Assembly (NCBI RefSeq): GCF_031769215.1
Contig: NW_026782457.1
Span: 62,001-126,000, forward strand
DNA length: 64,000 nucleotides
Direction of reading: 5' to 3'
From: Ylistrum balloti
Taxonomy: Eukaryota
A program made the translations under genes and the position numbers. The notes beneath the pieces were generated by a model that did not search any database, had not been told where the DNA came from, and saw only the letters and a list, made by a program, of their open reading frames with translations. This document shows positions 52,546-64,000 of this stretch, one piece after another; within the stretch, counting starts at the first letter, position 1, and every line of letters starts with the position of its first letter.

Positions 52546-53984
52546 GGTGATTTAACTGTTACCGGTAAAGTTCCGTCTGTGATAATGGCGTCTGTATACT
52601 TGTAATGTAAACCGGAACATCACCGAGAAGATGTAATCATGTACGTGACTTCTTTTATCGCTACTTAGGCCTGTTTTTAAGCGATACACTTTGCATCGAA
52701 AGGAACAAATATGAATTTCGCTTGAAACATGCCTTAAGATATTTCCAATTATATAACACCACGGACATAGAATAGAAGTCTGTGGTAACAACTTTATCAA
52801 GCAACGAGGAATTGAGCGAAATATAGACAGAAAAATAAGCGGAAATGCAGTTTAATGTACTTTAGCAGTGGAACTTCTTAATATTGTTTAGGTGATCGGG
52901 GACGATTAACAAAACTGGAGTATTATTAAGATATAAGTTGCTTCGCCATCTTTTTTATCTTCGCCTTATTCTCTCGAAAATAATAAGTACAAGGGGATTT
53001 GGAACACATATACATCAAAAATAGACCATACATTTAAAACGGTCACATATTAGGTTATGCTAGTTACACAACATTTACGTGTAAATGGAGGCGTGTACAA
53101 AGAGTATACATCAAAAATCAGTATGTAAACTTATAATTGTTTCTGCTTGTCAAGTAGATAATAGGTTACACTTCTTCCGGTCAATATGTGCAATATTTCA
53201 AAATCTGCGTGTGGGTGCAAGAAGACACTAATCATATCATTATAGACGAATTCAATATTAATTATACAGCACCACAGGATGCTCCAGCTTAGCTCAGAAG
53301 AAGAATTACACTACATGGCACTAAATGTATAATCATAACATCAATTCCATTTAGTCAAACTTTGAATGGTTACAACAATTTCCAAATATTGTGTATTCTC
53401 TGTCAAACTTTGTATGGTTACAACTATTCACATATGTTGGGTTATCCCCGACAACTTTAACAAAACAAAAAGAAAATCTTTAAACAACAATTATCAGCAT
53501 TACACTGGTTGTAGAGTTAATTACGTAAGTAGCTGTAAATATAATTATATAATATATCTATGGCGTGACGTCATTTAATTGTCTGAGTCTACGTCACAAT
53601 AAGTTATATCACTTGAGGAAATTTTCCTTTCTGCCTATGTAATACTGGTCTGTACGGGGTGGGCTGTTCATGTATTACACCCATACCCATACAATACTAG
53701 CATGTGCGCGTAAATATAATATATACAGATGTTTGCAAATGGTTATTTGCAGTGACTGCTCATAGTTTGTTTTAATCGAGGAAAGAAACATTCTTTTTCT
53801 ATGGCAACTTGTGAATGAATTGTCTAATGAAGATATATGATTTTTGTGTAACATGGCGTCCTTGGTAGAACAATGTCGTTCAATGACGAACTGTGTAACT
53901 AATACTAATGTCCGGTTTAGGAGAGACAGATTTACACTTAAAACATAAATTGTATATGACTAATCTCTCTGTGTCTCTCTCCTA

Positions 53985-53990
<6 letters not shown>

Positions 53991-54040
<50 letters not shown>
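53991..54040. repeat. (CT)25 microsatellite
   Basis: Direct reading. Confidence 0.98.
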
Positions 54041-54044
<4 letters not shown>

Positions 54045-55825
54045 TTTTGTCTTGTCATTATGTATTTTGTCAAACTTTATGGGGAAAGGGCTTGATAAAA
54101 GTTGGAAAACTTGTGCCCAATCCCATTGAAATTGTTCCATAAAATATGTTTAAATCGAACAATGTCGACGTGGTCTAAAGATGATATTTTTTCAATATAT
54201 TACGATGGGAAACGAGAGAAAAAATACTCTTTAATATGTACAGGTGAGGGATGAGATATTTCACCCTCGAGGTCTCAACATGTGGTAAAACCCTCCCCAA
54301 AGTCTTGGGTTTCACGACATTGTGTGATCCCTTGAGTGGAAAATACATGAGACTGGACAGCAGTCGTGTGATAAATATGACCTGGTGCCAACTGACAGAA
54401 ACAATGTCGAATACATGAAGAAGGCTGGTGTGTTTGTGTTTTTAAACTAAAATCTAGTGTTTCAAAATTTAGAAAAAATCGTCGTGATAGAGCCTTATAT
54501 CTATCAACGTCTGTGAACAAAATGACATTATCGAGGTCGAAATTCATTTTCTCGTAACATGGCGAACTACATTTCACATCACCAAAGATGTTATCAAGAA
54601 TTCTAACTTGATATATTTTACGACAGATTTTACATTGGAATAAAACGACACATTTTGAATGATTTGTGTACACGTGTCACGTACTGCTACAACTGTTGGC
54701 AATACTAACCAAAGATAATTTGTCGATTAGAATTGAAAAAGTTCGTGAGTACTCATATAAATATGTAATTTCACTCTTTTGACCCATATATCACAATATC
54801 AAGACATATGAGGGCACAATACCTACATCATACAATATAAATTTTGTAAAATTGATCTTGCAGTCATTTTTTTCTATTGTCGTTTTCAATGTATTTTTTC
54901 AGCCGAAATTTGCAGTGTCGTGCTGCATCATTTATGTTTTACGGGGGAAGACGAATTGCATGTTGTTGTTTAAATAAGTTAAACTCAAAATCAAGGACAC
55001 ATTTGTGCCAGTAACCTCGTAGAGATCATAGGACTGGTGGTAGCGACCCTGGCAACAGGGAAGCCACTTTTGCTGTGCAGATCCGTGTAACGACTCAACA
55101 TACATCTGAACATTTCACATGTTTTATATCAACGTGTTTGTTTTTTATTCAACCAGAAACTTTTCAGCTCTCAGACCAACATCCCTTTGCTTGTCGCGTG
55201 CGGACCGAAAATCATAGGAATCAAAAAGAAATTGAAATGACTGAACCACTGCCATCAGGCCAAACTAACGATAAGTTTGTGATAATTTCTAATGTATTGC
55301 GTTTACTGAGCAAAACGCTCTGGTGGTTAAGCGTGGGTCACGTGACCCTCATTTGAATTTTTATAACTTGTTTCTGATTAAGCCACAAGTTGCAGTCTCC
55401 TACACGAAAAATATATATTTTTTACACTTTTGTATGATAACGCTGGTGACAAAAGCAACGGTAAATCATTTGAAAGGTGAAGTTACGAATGAACACAGAG
55501 ACAATAACACTACGCATTACGGAAGCCTGTTCCTAAGGCTCAAGCAAGGGCATTATTTGTATGCAATGTGCAACTAGGCCTAGCGTTAACGTTAGAATAT
55601 TTTGGAAATAGACTTTACTTGGAGGTCAAATTGCGGTCATAACGTTCAATCTTCAAAAAGCATATGCTTGCCGGAGCTTCATGGCAATCAAGCTACAGTG
55701 TGTTATACACATATGTTAGTAAATTACTTCTTTAAATTATTGTTACATATGTATGCCCACGATCTGTGTAAATGGAATTACATATACTTAATGAAAGTAA
55801 TTTATTTTATTGATTTATTTTCACA

Positions 55826-55862
55826 TACACACACACACACCACACACACCCACACACACACA
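55826..55862. repeat. Interrupted (CA)n microsatellite
   Basis: Direct reading. Confidence 0.9.
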
Positions 55863-56343
55863 GACACATGTGTGTATGTATATATATGTGTATATCATAA
55901 ACCATACATCTATTCCAGTAATAAGCATCCAACGAGCATTTTATTTTTTTGGTTTCAGTACTAATATTGGACCATTCCGTCGATACCACATACCAGATTC
56001 TATTTATCACACTGAGTAACTCCCATCATAAACTATGTTGTGATTCAGTAAATCCAAATTATTTTCCGTCTGTTATTTCTCCTACTTTGTCTCTGTCTAT
56101 GTTTTGCCCGTATTGTCCCTATTATTTTTTCCATAAATTTGTATCTATTTTGTGTTCTATGTACGTGACGTTATTTATGTAATATTTGTGTCTTGATGAA
56201 GGGGCAGATTGCCTCGAAAATTTGACCATTCGTTTGTCCGTTATTTCTTCGTTGATCCTATCTATTACGCATCAGACGGACATTGTTTGTAAGGGTTCAG
56301 TGCGAATATTGGACTGTACCATCGATAGTACTGTACATGATAT

Positions 56344-56376
<33 letters not shown>

Positions 56377-56899
56377 ACCATTTGATTAAGTTTAAACAGA
56401 TTTTATTGACATGTGACAATATGATCAGTAATTACATAACATATTTACGATTGGGTTAAGGCATTTCAATATCAATCAACAAACAAATTGAAGATACATT
56501 ACATTGAAATCAGGGATTAGGGAGAGAGAGGGGGGAGGGGGGAGAGAGAGATAGTAAGGGAGAGAGAGAGAGGAGGGGGTTATAGGGACATATTTACCAT
56601 TTACTTCCCACGTTCTAAGGACACTGTTATATCACTTTTGAGACATTCCATGTCCCCGCTATTACGGTCACTTAAATTGCATTGAATTTGCACGAAATGA
56701 CAAGAAAAATTGTTTCACTAAATGTCCCTACAAAGTTTTTACTTTCTCAAATGTGTCTTCAAAACCTCGTAACAACACGAGAACATTATATGTGATTTCT
56801 GTGACTACATAGCTTTGATGTCATCACACTTGGAGATATATATGTACTTAAACAGATTTTCTATCAAATTAAAAAAAAAAAAAAACTGACCCGGATTTA

Positions 56900-58620
56900 T
56901 TTAATATTCAGAAGAGATTGAAGTTCGTAAGATATACACTTTCCACAACCATATCTATGATCGGAAATGAACGTCCTAAGAATGTCTGTAAAATTCATGT
57001 GCCCACAGTTACGATAAAACCAAGCAGAGGACAGGCAGAAATCAAAGTTACGATATTGTTGTTTTCAATCTATTTCGGAGTTAGTCCGAGGGGCTCTGCC
57101 GATTTTATTCTTGTCTTCGTCGCAGTCGATAGTCTGAATAAACGCCAAATTTTAGCTACCCTGACTGACAAGGGTCGATATTCAAACAATATTTTAATAC
57201 AGCCTACAAAATTTAGAGGAAAAAGAAAGAAATTATGATTACTGTCTGACGTTTTGATATTTTGTTGCCTCCGCCAGTTGGTGAAACTACTCAAACCCGG
57301 TAAGAAAGAGACAGGATTTTAAACTGCCGAATTACAGACTGGTTCTTTTCTTCCATCTACACTTCGATGGTACTTGATGTTACATAAAAATTTCACCATC
57401 TTCGTAAGCTTTCAAATCTTATAGAACCCAAAGCCAAAGCCCCAAATCTGCTACGGCCTTGGTGACAGTTAGTTGAATATAATACACATAAAGTTACGAC
57501 ATCAAATTAGTCCTATGAAATAGGATTTCATGCTTTCTTGTAATGTAAAAACATTTGTGAAAATGTTTTATTTTTCTTTGATTGTTCCAATTCTGAAAAA
57601 CAGAGACGTTTTCTTGAAAATGTAGCTTTGTTTTTCAACTTAGACCTATTTCTCTCTGGAAATGAATATCTAGCGATAGATTTTAAATCAAAGTCAAATT
57701 CATTTGTTTTCTAATTTCACAGATCAGTGTAACCATTCTGTATGTATATTCATGTACTCATATATAGATTCATGATCTCTTTGTTTTGTCAAATGCTGCA
57801 ATTAATATTTAATGTTTTCGTAAAGGACTCATATAATGTAATAACTTATCCCCAACCCTATTGTTAATCATCACAATAAAATATATTTGAAACAATTCGG
57901 AACCCCTCTGGTCTTGTCATTGTAAAACATACCAAAAAGTAATATCGAGAGAATGACGGCAAGAGTAGGACTAGAGGGATTCCGCCAATATTGCAACAGC
58001 TTTGAAGATAATTTGAATTTGAAGTGCCCAGGTAAACTTAAGCAGGTGAACTTGAATGAAACATAATTAGGCACAAGTGTTTGATACTCTTGGACAAAGA
58101 AAACATAAATACGATGAAAACATGAACAAACAACAAACAGTCATGTATATCTCTCGCCCGCGATGATAAGTTGCAGGGCAGCTTCAGTATCAGTGACAAC
58201 GTCAATATTTCAGGTAAAGATGTTTGAAGACCACGGTTTCAAGCACTTTTCAGCAAGGTTCAGTCGAAAAATCGGCCTACAGTTTGGAGAATTACTACCT
58301 CTTTTATTGATTATGTGATATTAGCTAATTTTCAATTATAAGCTAAGCGATGCGCGGAAATAACCTATGACAAAGTGTTAAACAAAGCGTAGCCGAATTG
58401 ACTACAGTACTTCGTTACCACGTGGTGTAATTTTGGTCTATAATCTGTTTACCATCTCATCACATTATTTTGACTTCGTGTTCATAGCATTATAGTACAG
58501 CCGAAAAAGTTGGTCGATTTCTGACCATCTCGGATATATCTGTCTGATGAAGGTGACCGTGTAGTCATCGAAACATCACATTATAATCAACTGGTTGTGT
58601 TATAAAAACATATTTTGTCT
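56900..58620 (+). mobile_element. Heavily decayed Penelope-like retroelement
   Basis: Collinear degenerate PLE RT-like motifs on the plus strand: AVDSLNKRQILATLTDKG (~ADKG), YRENDG (~YxDD), LEGFRQYCNSF..NL..VNL, TTNSHVYLSP..SC (~TDSHxYLxPxSCH), then a 3' hammerhead-like core. Confidence 0.55.
58541..58580 (+). ncRNA. Degenerate minimal type I hammerhead ribozyme
   Basis: TGT CTGATGA A GGTGAC CGTGTA GTCATC GAAA C ATC ACA: intact core and 6-bp stem II, 3-bp stem I, and AUC where GUC is expected. Confidence 0.65.
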
Positions 58621-58937
58621 CAACACCAGGAAGAACAGAGGCACTGTCATCTACTCAGCATTCTCTTCATCTCTATTTCTACTAGAGTAAGTAGATTGAT
58701 CGAAAAGAATCAGTTGATTTGATTAAACATTTAACATAGGTTGCAGTATGACTTTATAATAGCGGGCAATAGGTTTTGTCTTTCCGAGGTTTGAAGCCAT
58801 CATAACAGCTGGAGGTCATATGAGGACGGGTGTCAAGAGAGATGCCAACAATGAAAAGCAGAGCACCAAAAGGAAAAACAATAAAGGAACGAAAGAAATT
58901 ATCAATACCACAATAAGGACAACAGGTCTATTTATAT

Positions 58938-58940
<3 letters not shown>

Positions 58941-58986
<46 letters not shown>
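58941..58986. repeat. (AT)23 microsatellite
   Basis: Direct reading. Confidence 0.97.
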
Positions 58987-58988
<2 letters not shown>

Positions 58989-59457
58989 AAGTTCCCTTAC
59001 AAGAACCCACAATTCTGCGAGGGACCAACATATCGTTGCCTCCAATGGACATGCAGTGGAATGCAGCATATCCTACTTTTTATGTCTTCGGTTCATCTTT
59101 AACAGTAAGCATCGGAAAAAATCAACCCCGACCTGCAAGTAGCGTCAAACCATTAGTTACCTCTTCCGAATCTCAGCGAGAGGCAGCAGGCAGTCTTCTC
59201 TCGTCACCTGTGTGGGTTTTAAATGTCGAATGCACATTATACCATTGGTATTTTCATTATTGATTATTTGATATGCGTGTTCACGTTTATAACTGTATTA
59301 ACTGCAATATGAACTTTAAATGTGTTATTATTTGAGAGAAATTTTTTTTACATCGTAGCTTTATGCAACCTTTCCGTCATTCCTAGGTACAGAGGTACAT
59401 AAGTTGGTGGATGTTGGCGTGATTCATAAAATAAAAAAAAAATTAACAATGGTGTTC

Positions 59458-60375
59458 ACGTGTGAAAAGACATTTGGAAACTGAAGGAGGGCTCGACTGT
59501 GTGAAAAGACATTGGGAAACTGAAGGAGGGTTCGACTGTGTGAAAAGACATTGGGAAACTGAAGGAGGGTTCGACTGTGTGAAAAGACATTTGGAAACTG
59601 AAGGAGGGGTCGACTGTGTATAAAGACATTGGGGAACTGAAGGAGGGTTCGACTGTGTGAAAAGACATTGGGAAACTGAAGGAGGGTTCGACTGTGTGAA
59701 AAGACATTGGGAAACTGAAGGAGGGGTCGACTGTGTATAAAGACATTGGGGAACTGAAGGAGGGTTCGACTGTGTGAAAAGACATTGGAAAACTGAAGGA
59801 GGGTTCTACTGTGTGAAAAGACATTAGGAAACTGAAGGAGGGGTCGACTGTGTATAAAGACATTGGGGAACCGAAGGAGGGTTCGACTGTGTGAAAAGAC
59901 ATTGGGAAACTGAAGGAGGGTTCGACTGTGTGAAAAGACATTGAGAAACTGAAGGAGGGGTCGACTGTGTATAAAGACATTGGTTAACTGGAGGAGGGGT
60001 CGACTGTGTATAAAGACATTGGGGAACTGGAGGATGGATCGACTGTGTGAAAAAAACATTGGGGAACTGGAGGAGGTTCGACTGTGTGAAAAAAACATTG
60101 GGAAACCGAAGGAGGTGACAACTGTGTGAAAAGACATTGGGAAACTGAAGGGGGGTTCGACTGTGAAAAGACAATGGGAAACTGAAAGAGGGGTCGACTG
60201 TGAAAAGACATTGGGTAACCGACGGAGGGGTCGACTGTGTGAAAAGACATTGGGGAACTGAAGAGAGATTGACTTTGTGAAAAACATTGGGAAACCGAAG
60301 AAATGGTCGACTGTGAAAAGATATTGGGTAACTGAAGGAGGGGTCGACTGTGAAAAGACATTGGGGATCTGAAGG
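59458..60375. repeat. 39-bp tandem repeat (~23 copies) with 117-bp higher-order structure
   Basis: Unit ACTGTGTGAAAAGACATTGGGAAACTGAAGGAGGGTTCG. Variants alternate A, A', B. Confidence 0.97.
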
Positions 60376-61672
60376 AGGAGATAACTATGCGTAAAAAGGC
60401 ATTGGAGAACTAAGTAGAGATATATTGTGTGGTCATATAGGGATTAGGGGACTGTAGGAGAGAACAGCTGTGTGAAAAGGAGGAACTGAAGGAGTGGTTG
60501 AGATAGATAACAAGGATTGGGAGAACTGAAGGAAGGGTTCAAGTTTATTACAAGTGACTGGAGAACAGAAAGACTGGGTAAAGTGTGCAACAAGGTTTGG
60601 GAGAACTATAGGATTAGGGATCTGAAGGGTGATGGAACATATGGGTTGTAACCAGTAATGACGTATCAAGCTGTTATCGGATATGGGAACTTATGAACAA
60701 ACCGCGTGTTGAGAAACTGTGAGCGAGAATTGGTGTGGCTGTATTGTAATACGTTACAGCAGTTACATGGGCAATAGAAAGTCTTCGAGCACTGAAATGT
60801 GAAAGTTAGAGACTTGTCTGTAGAGTGTGACTCATCTCAACACATTCCTGACACCAGTATTACGGGAGCAGTATGTTCTATGTATATGATGGTTTGTTTG
60901 GCTGCTAATCAGGTTTCTGTTTATATCCAATAGCAACACATCCAGCATCCCGGCTATACAAGTAACACACAGACTACCAGGCGTCGCAATCTTTCTAACC
61001 AATATACACATTGGATCTGGGTTCATAATGTACGACATACATGAACAAGGATTCTCAATCTTACACCATACGGTGATTTTTTTCAACATTTCAGTGTTTG
61101 AAGTTTAAATATAATATTCATGATGATATCTGCTGGAATTCATTGTCGTTTCTGCTGCCAAACGAGTGGTCCTAAGTACAGGATACTAGCTGATTACTAC
61201 GCAGCTTCAGAGCTCAGGACAGCTTCCTTTCCCAATTCAACCTTGGATTTCACAGAAAATCGAGCAACACAACAAACCCTGTGATATCGTATTTCTCAAC
61301 ATCTAACATCAATGGACAAAATCACTTGTTCAGTGTTAGGATATAATTACCCAAGAGGAAGTGTTATGGAGGAAATGGTGTGTTAGAAATCGTCAGTGAA
61401 ATGGCAAAATCCAAAAGTGGATTTCAGTTTTTTACAAAACTTTAATGAAGTCAGTGTCTTAAAGTCACTGAATACTGATTAAATAGTGATCACAGCGGAT
61501 TTCAAATAACTCCATAGAATTAATGCTTACTAAAAGACAACAAATACATGTTGATTGCCTGTAGGCACTACAATTAGGTGGAATCATGTGTTGAAATCAT
61601 TTGAAATCTGTCATTATCTCTTGAAAACCATATTGTACCATTGTTGTCGGATAAGTGATATACTACATTACA

Positions 61673-62009
61673 ATGGGCCGTTCAGCGGGTCGTAAAGACT
61701 CCAGGAGACATGATCACAAATCGCCGGGTGCTTCCCATTTCTCATCACAAGACGTGTGGTGTGTTTTCAGACTGAGGGGCGGGGATCGCCATTCAGACAA
61801 GCAACGAAGATCGTGTTGTGACAAAGCTACGGGTGTGTGCGAGAAGGATTTGTCACCGCGGCGTTGTCGGCAGAGAAAAAGAAAACATATCGAAGACAAA
61901 CTGGGCGAATTTTCTGATGACAAAGAGGACATCTACATAACTGCTGGGGAATTGTCTGATATGGATGACAGTTCGGAAGATAACAGTTACACCTCATATA
62001 CCAGTGATG
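61673..62009 (+). CDS. Candidate first coding exon of an uncharacterised gene continuing beyond the window
   Basis: Kozak ACAATGG, 112 open codons with higher GC, basic RKRKH then acidic DMDDSSED segments, ending at donor G|GTAAGT (62010). Confidence 0.5.
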
Positions 62010-62068
62010 GTAAGTACAGGATCTTTTAATCTACCAGCAAGAGATGGTATCATGGTTAAAGTGTTACG

Positions 62069-63610
62069 CTGTGACAACTGTCTGGTGTAATTGTTACATT
62101 GTCTCTAATGTCTGTTGTAATTGTTACAGTGTATAAGTTTTTTTACGTTTTTTGTTACACAGTGAAAACTGTGTGGTGAAATTATTATTTGGTGCAATTG
62201 TTAAACCGTAAAAAATATATATGGTTTAATTATTACACTGTGACAGCTGTCTGGTGTAATTGTTACACTCTATTAGTGTCTGGTGTAATTGTTACACTGT
62301 AACAGTGTCTGGTGTAATTGTTACACTGTAACAGTGTCTGGTGTAATTGTTACACTGTCACAACTGTCTGGTGTAATTGTTACACTGTATCAACTGTCTG
62401 GTGTAATTATTACACTGTAACAGTGTCTGGTGTAATTGTAACACTGTAACAGTGTCTGGTGTAATTGGTACACTGTGACAGCTGTCTGGTGTAATTGTAA
62501 CACTGTAACAGTGTCTGGTGTAATTATTACACTGTAACAACTGTCCAGTATTATTGTTACACTCTAACAACTGTCTGGTGTAATTGTTACACTGTAACAG
62601 TGTCTGGTGTAATTGTAACACTGTAACAGTGTCTGGTGTAATTGTTACACTCACAACTGTCGAGTATTATTGTTACACTGTATCAACTGTCTGGTGTAAT
62701 TGTTACACTGTATCAACTGTCTGGTGTAATTGTTATACTGTATCAACTGTCTGGTGTAATTGTTACACTGTGACAGCTGTCTGGTGTAATTGTTACACTC
62801 CAACAGTGTCTGGTGTAATTGTTACACTCTAACAGTGTCTGGTGTAATTGGTACACTGTGACAGCTGTCTGGTGTAATTGTTACACTGTAACAACTGTCT
62901 GGTGTAATTGTGACACTATAATAATTGTCTGGTGTAATTGTTACACTGTAACAGTGTCTGGTGTAATTGTTACATTGTAACAGTGTCTGGTGTAATTGTT
63001 ACACTGTAACAGTGTCTGGTGTAATTGTTACATTGTAACAGTGTCTGGTGTAATTGTGACACTATAATAATTGTCTGGTGTAATTGTTACACTGTAACAG
63101 TGTCTGGTGTAATTGTTACACTGTAACAGTGTCTGGTGTAATTGGTACACTGTGACAGCTGTCTGGTGTAATTTTTACACTGTCACAACTGTCGGGTATT
63201 ATTGTTACACTGTATCAACTGTCTGGTGTAATTGTTACACTGTAACAGTGTCTGGTGTAATTGTTACACTGTATCAACTGTCTGGTGTAATTGTTACACT
63301 CTAACAGTGTCTGGTGTAATTGTTACACTATAACAACTGTCTGATGTAATTGTGACACTCTAACAGTGTCTGGTGTAATTGTTACACTGTATCAACTGTC
63401 TGGTGTAATTGTTACACTGTAACAACTGTCTGGTGTAATTTTGACATTGTAACAGTGTCTGGTGTAATTGTTACACTCTAACAGTGTCTGGTGTAATTGT
63501 TACACTGTCACAACTGTCGGGTATTATTGTTACACTGTATCAACTGTCTGGTGTAATTGGTACACTGTAACAGTGTCTGGTGTAATTGTTACACTGTATC
63601 AACTGTCTAG
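62069..63610. repeat. 29/30-bp palindrome-rich minisatellite, ~1.5 kb
   Basis: Units TGTCTGGTGTAATTGTTACACTGTAACAG and ...ACTGTATCAAC. Homogeneous from ~62230. Confidence 0.97.
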
Positions 63611-64000
63611 GATAATCGTTATATTGTAACCTATGTCATGTAGTAGTGTCACCATTTTTCAACTTTCTGGTAAGTGTCACGTGGAAATAACAAAAGGTGG
63701 TACAATTTTGTTTACTCGTTGATACTTTAACAATGATATTTTTTTCCAAAAGAAGTTAGATTTCATGGACTGACCAGTCGACTTGTGACGTAACCATGGC
63801 TCTTAATCAGGTTCTGTCGTCTCACATTACCTCGATAACCTTGATAAACCTGTACCTATCTTGGTATACCTAATACTCTCTCGTCCATTGTCCGGTAAAG
63901 TCTAGCCTGTGGTGGCATTAGTTTGTTACAAAGAGGTCGGGATAACGTAAAAAGGCTCGTTTGATTTATCGTGTTGAAATTTGTCTCGCTCAGAAATTGT

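Noticed and set aside
56583-56730. TAGGGACAT...ATGTCCCTA inverted ends (hAT-like MITE)
   Set aside because: TIR only ~9 bp and no matching TSD; insufficient support.
58770-58830. FPRFEAIITAGGH resembling a Tc1 transposase C-terminus
   Set aside because: Too short; no upstream DDE motifs or TIR found.
59161-59207. Possible 47-nt minus-strand exon (CAG|...|GTAACT; VTREDCLLPLAEIRK)
   Set aside because: No compatible neighbouring exons identified.
59424-60361. Long ORFs (up to 287 aa) with 13-aa repeats
   Set aside because: By-product of the stop-free 39-bp satellite; several frames are open and there is no gene context.
60832-61089. 85-aa Cys-containing minus ORF
   Set aside because: No recognisable domain or splice signals.
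62358-63304. Cys/Thr/Val-rich ORFs (CNCYT repeats)
   Set aside because: Translations of the 29/30-bp minisatellite.

Overview
AT-rich eukaryotic genomic DNA, most likely from a bivalve mollusc (inferred from intron style, Helentron-associated HINE-type repeats and a bivalve-type tRNA SINE). I assembled the spliced models by hand from GT-AG sites with phase checks, so coordinates may be off by a few bases. Genes: ABCC10/MRP7 (minus, 17 coding exons, ~1585 aa) head-to-head with single-coding-exon PGAP4 (plus); a secreted astacin-EGF-CUB metalloprotease (minus, 10 exons, ~443 aa); an LRRC74-like LRR protein (plus, 12 coding exons, ~627 aa); an uncharacterised ParB/sulfiredoxin-like (DNRRLW) ORF (minus) with a decayed repetitive tail; an intronless cyclophilin A; and a candidate first coding exon at 61.7 kb. 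The most notable non-coding signals are a near-intact minimal type I hammerhead ribozyme in sense orientation inside an ABCC10 intron, a 12-copy tandem array of the 5' splice site in that same intron, a second degenerate hammerhead at the end of a Penelope-like relic, three-level nested HINEs, two CAGGG-ended MITEs with 5-bp TSDs, and several structured minisatellites. There are no CRISPR arrays, rRNA genes or true tRNA genes.
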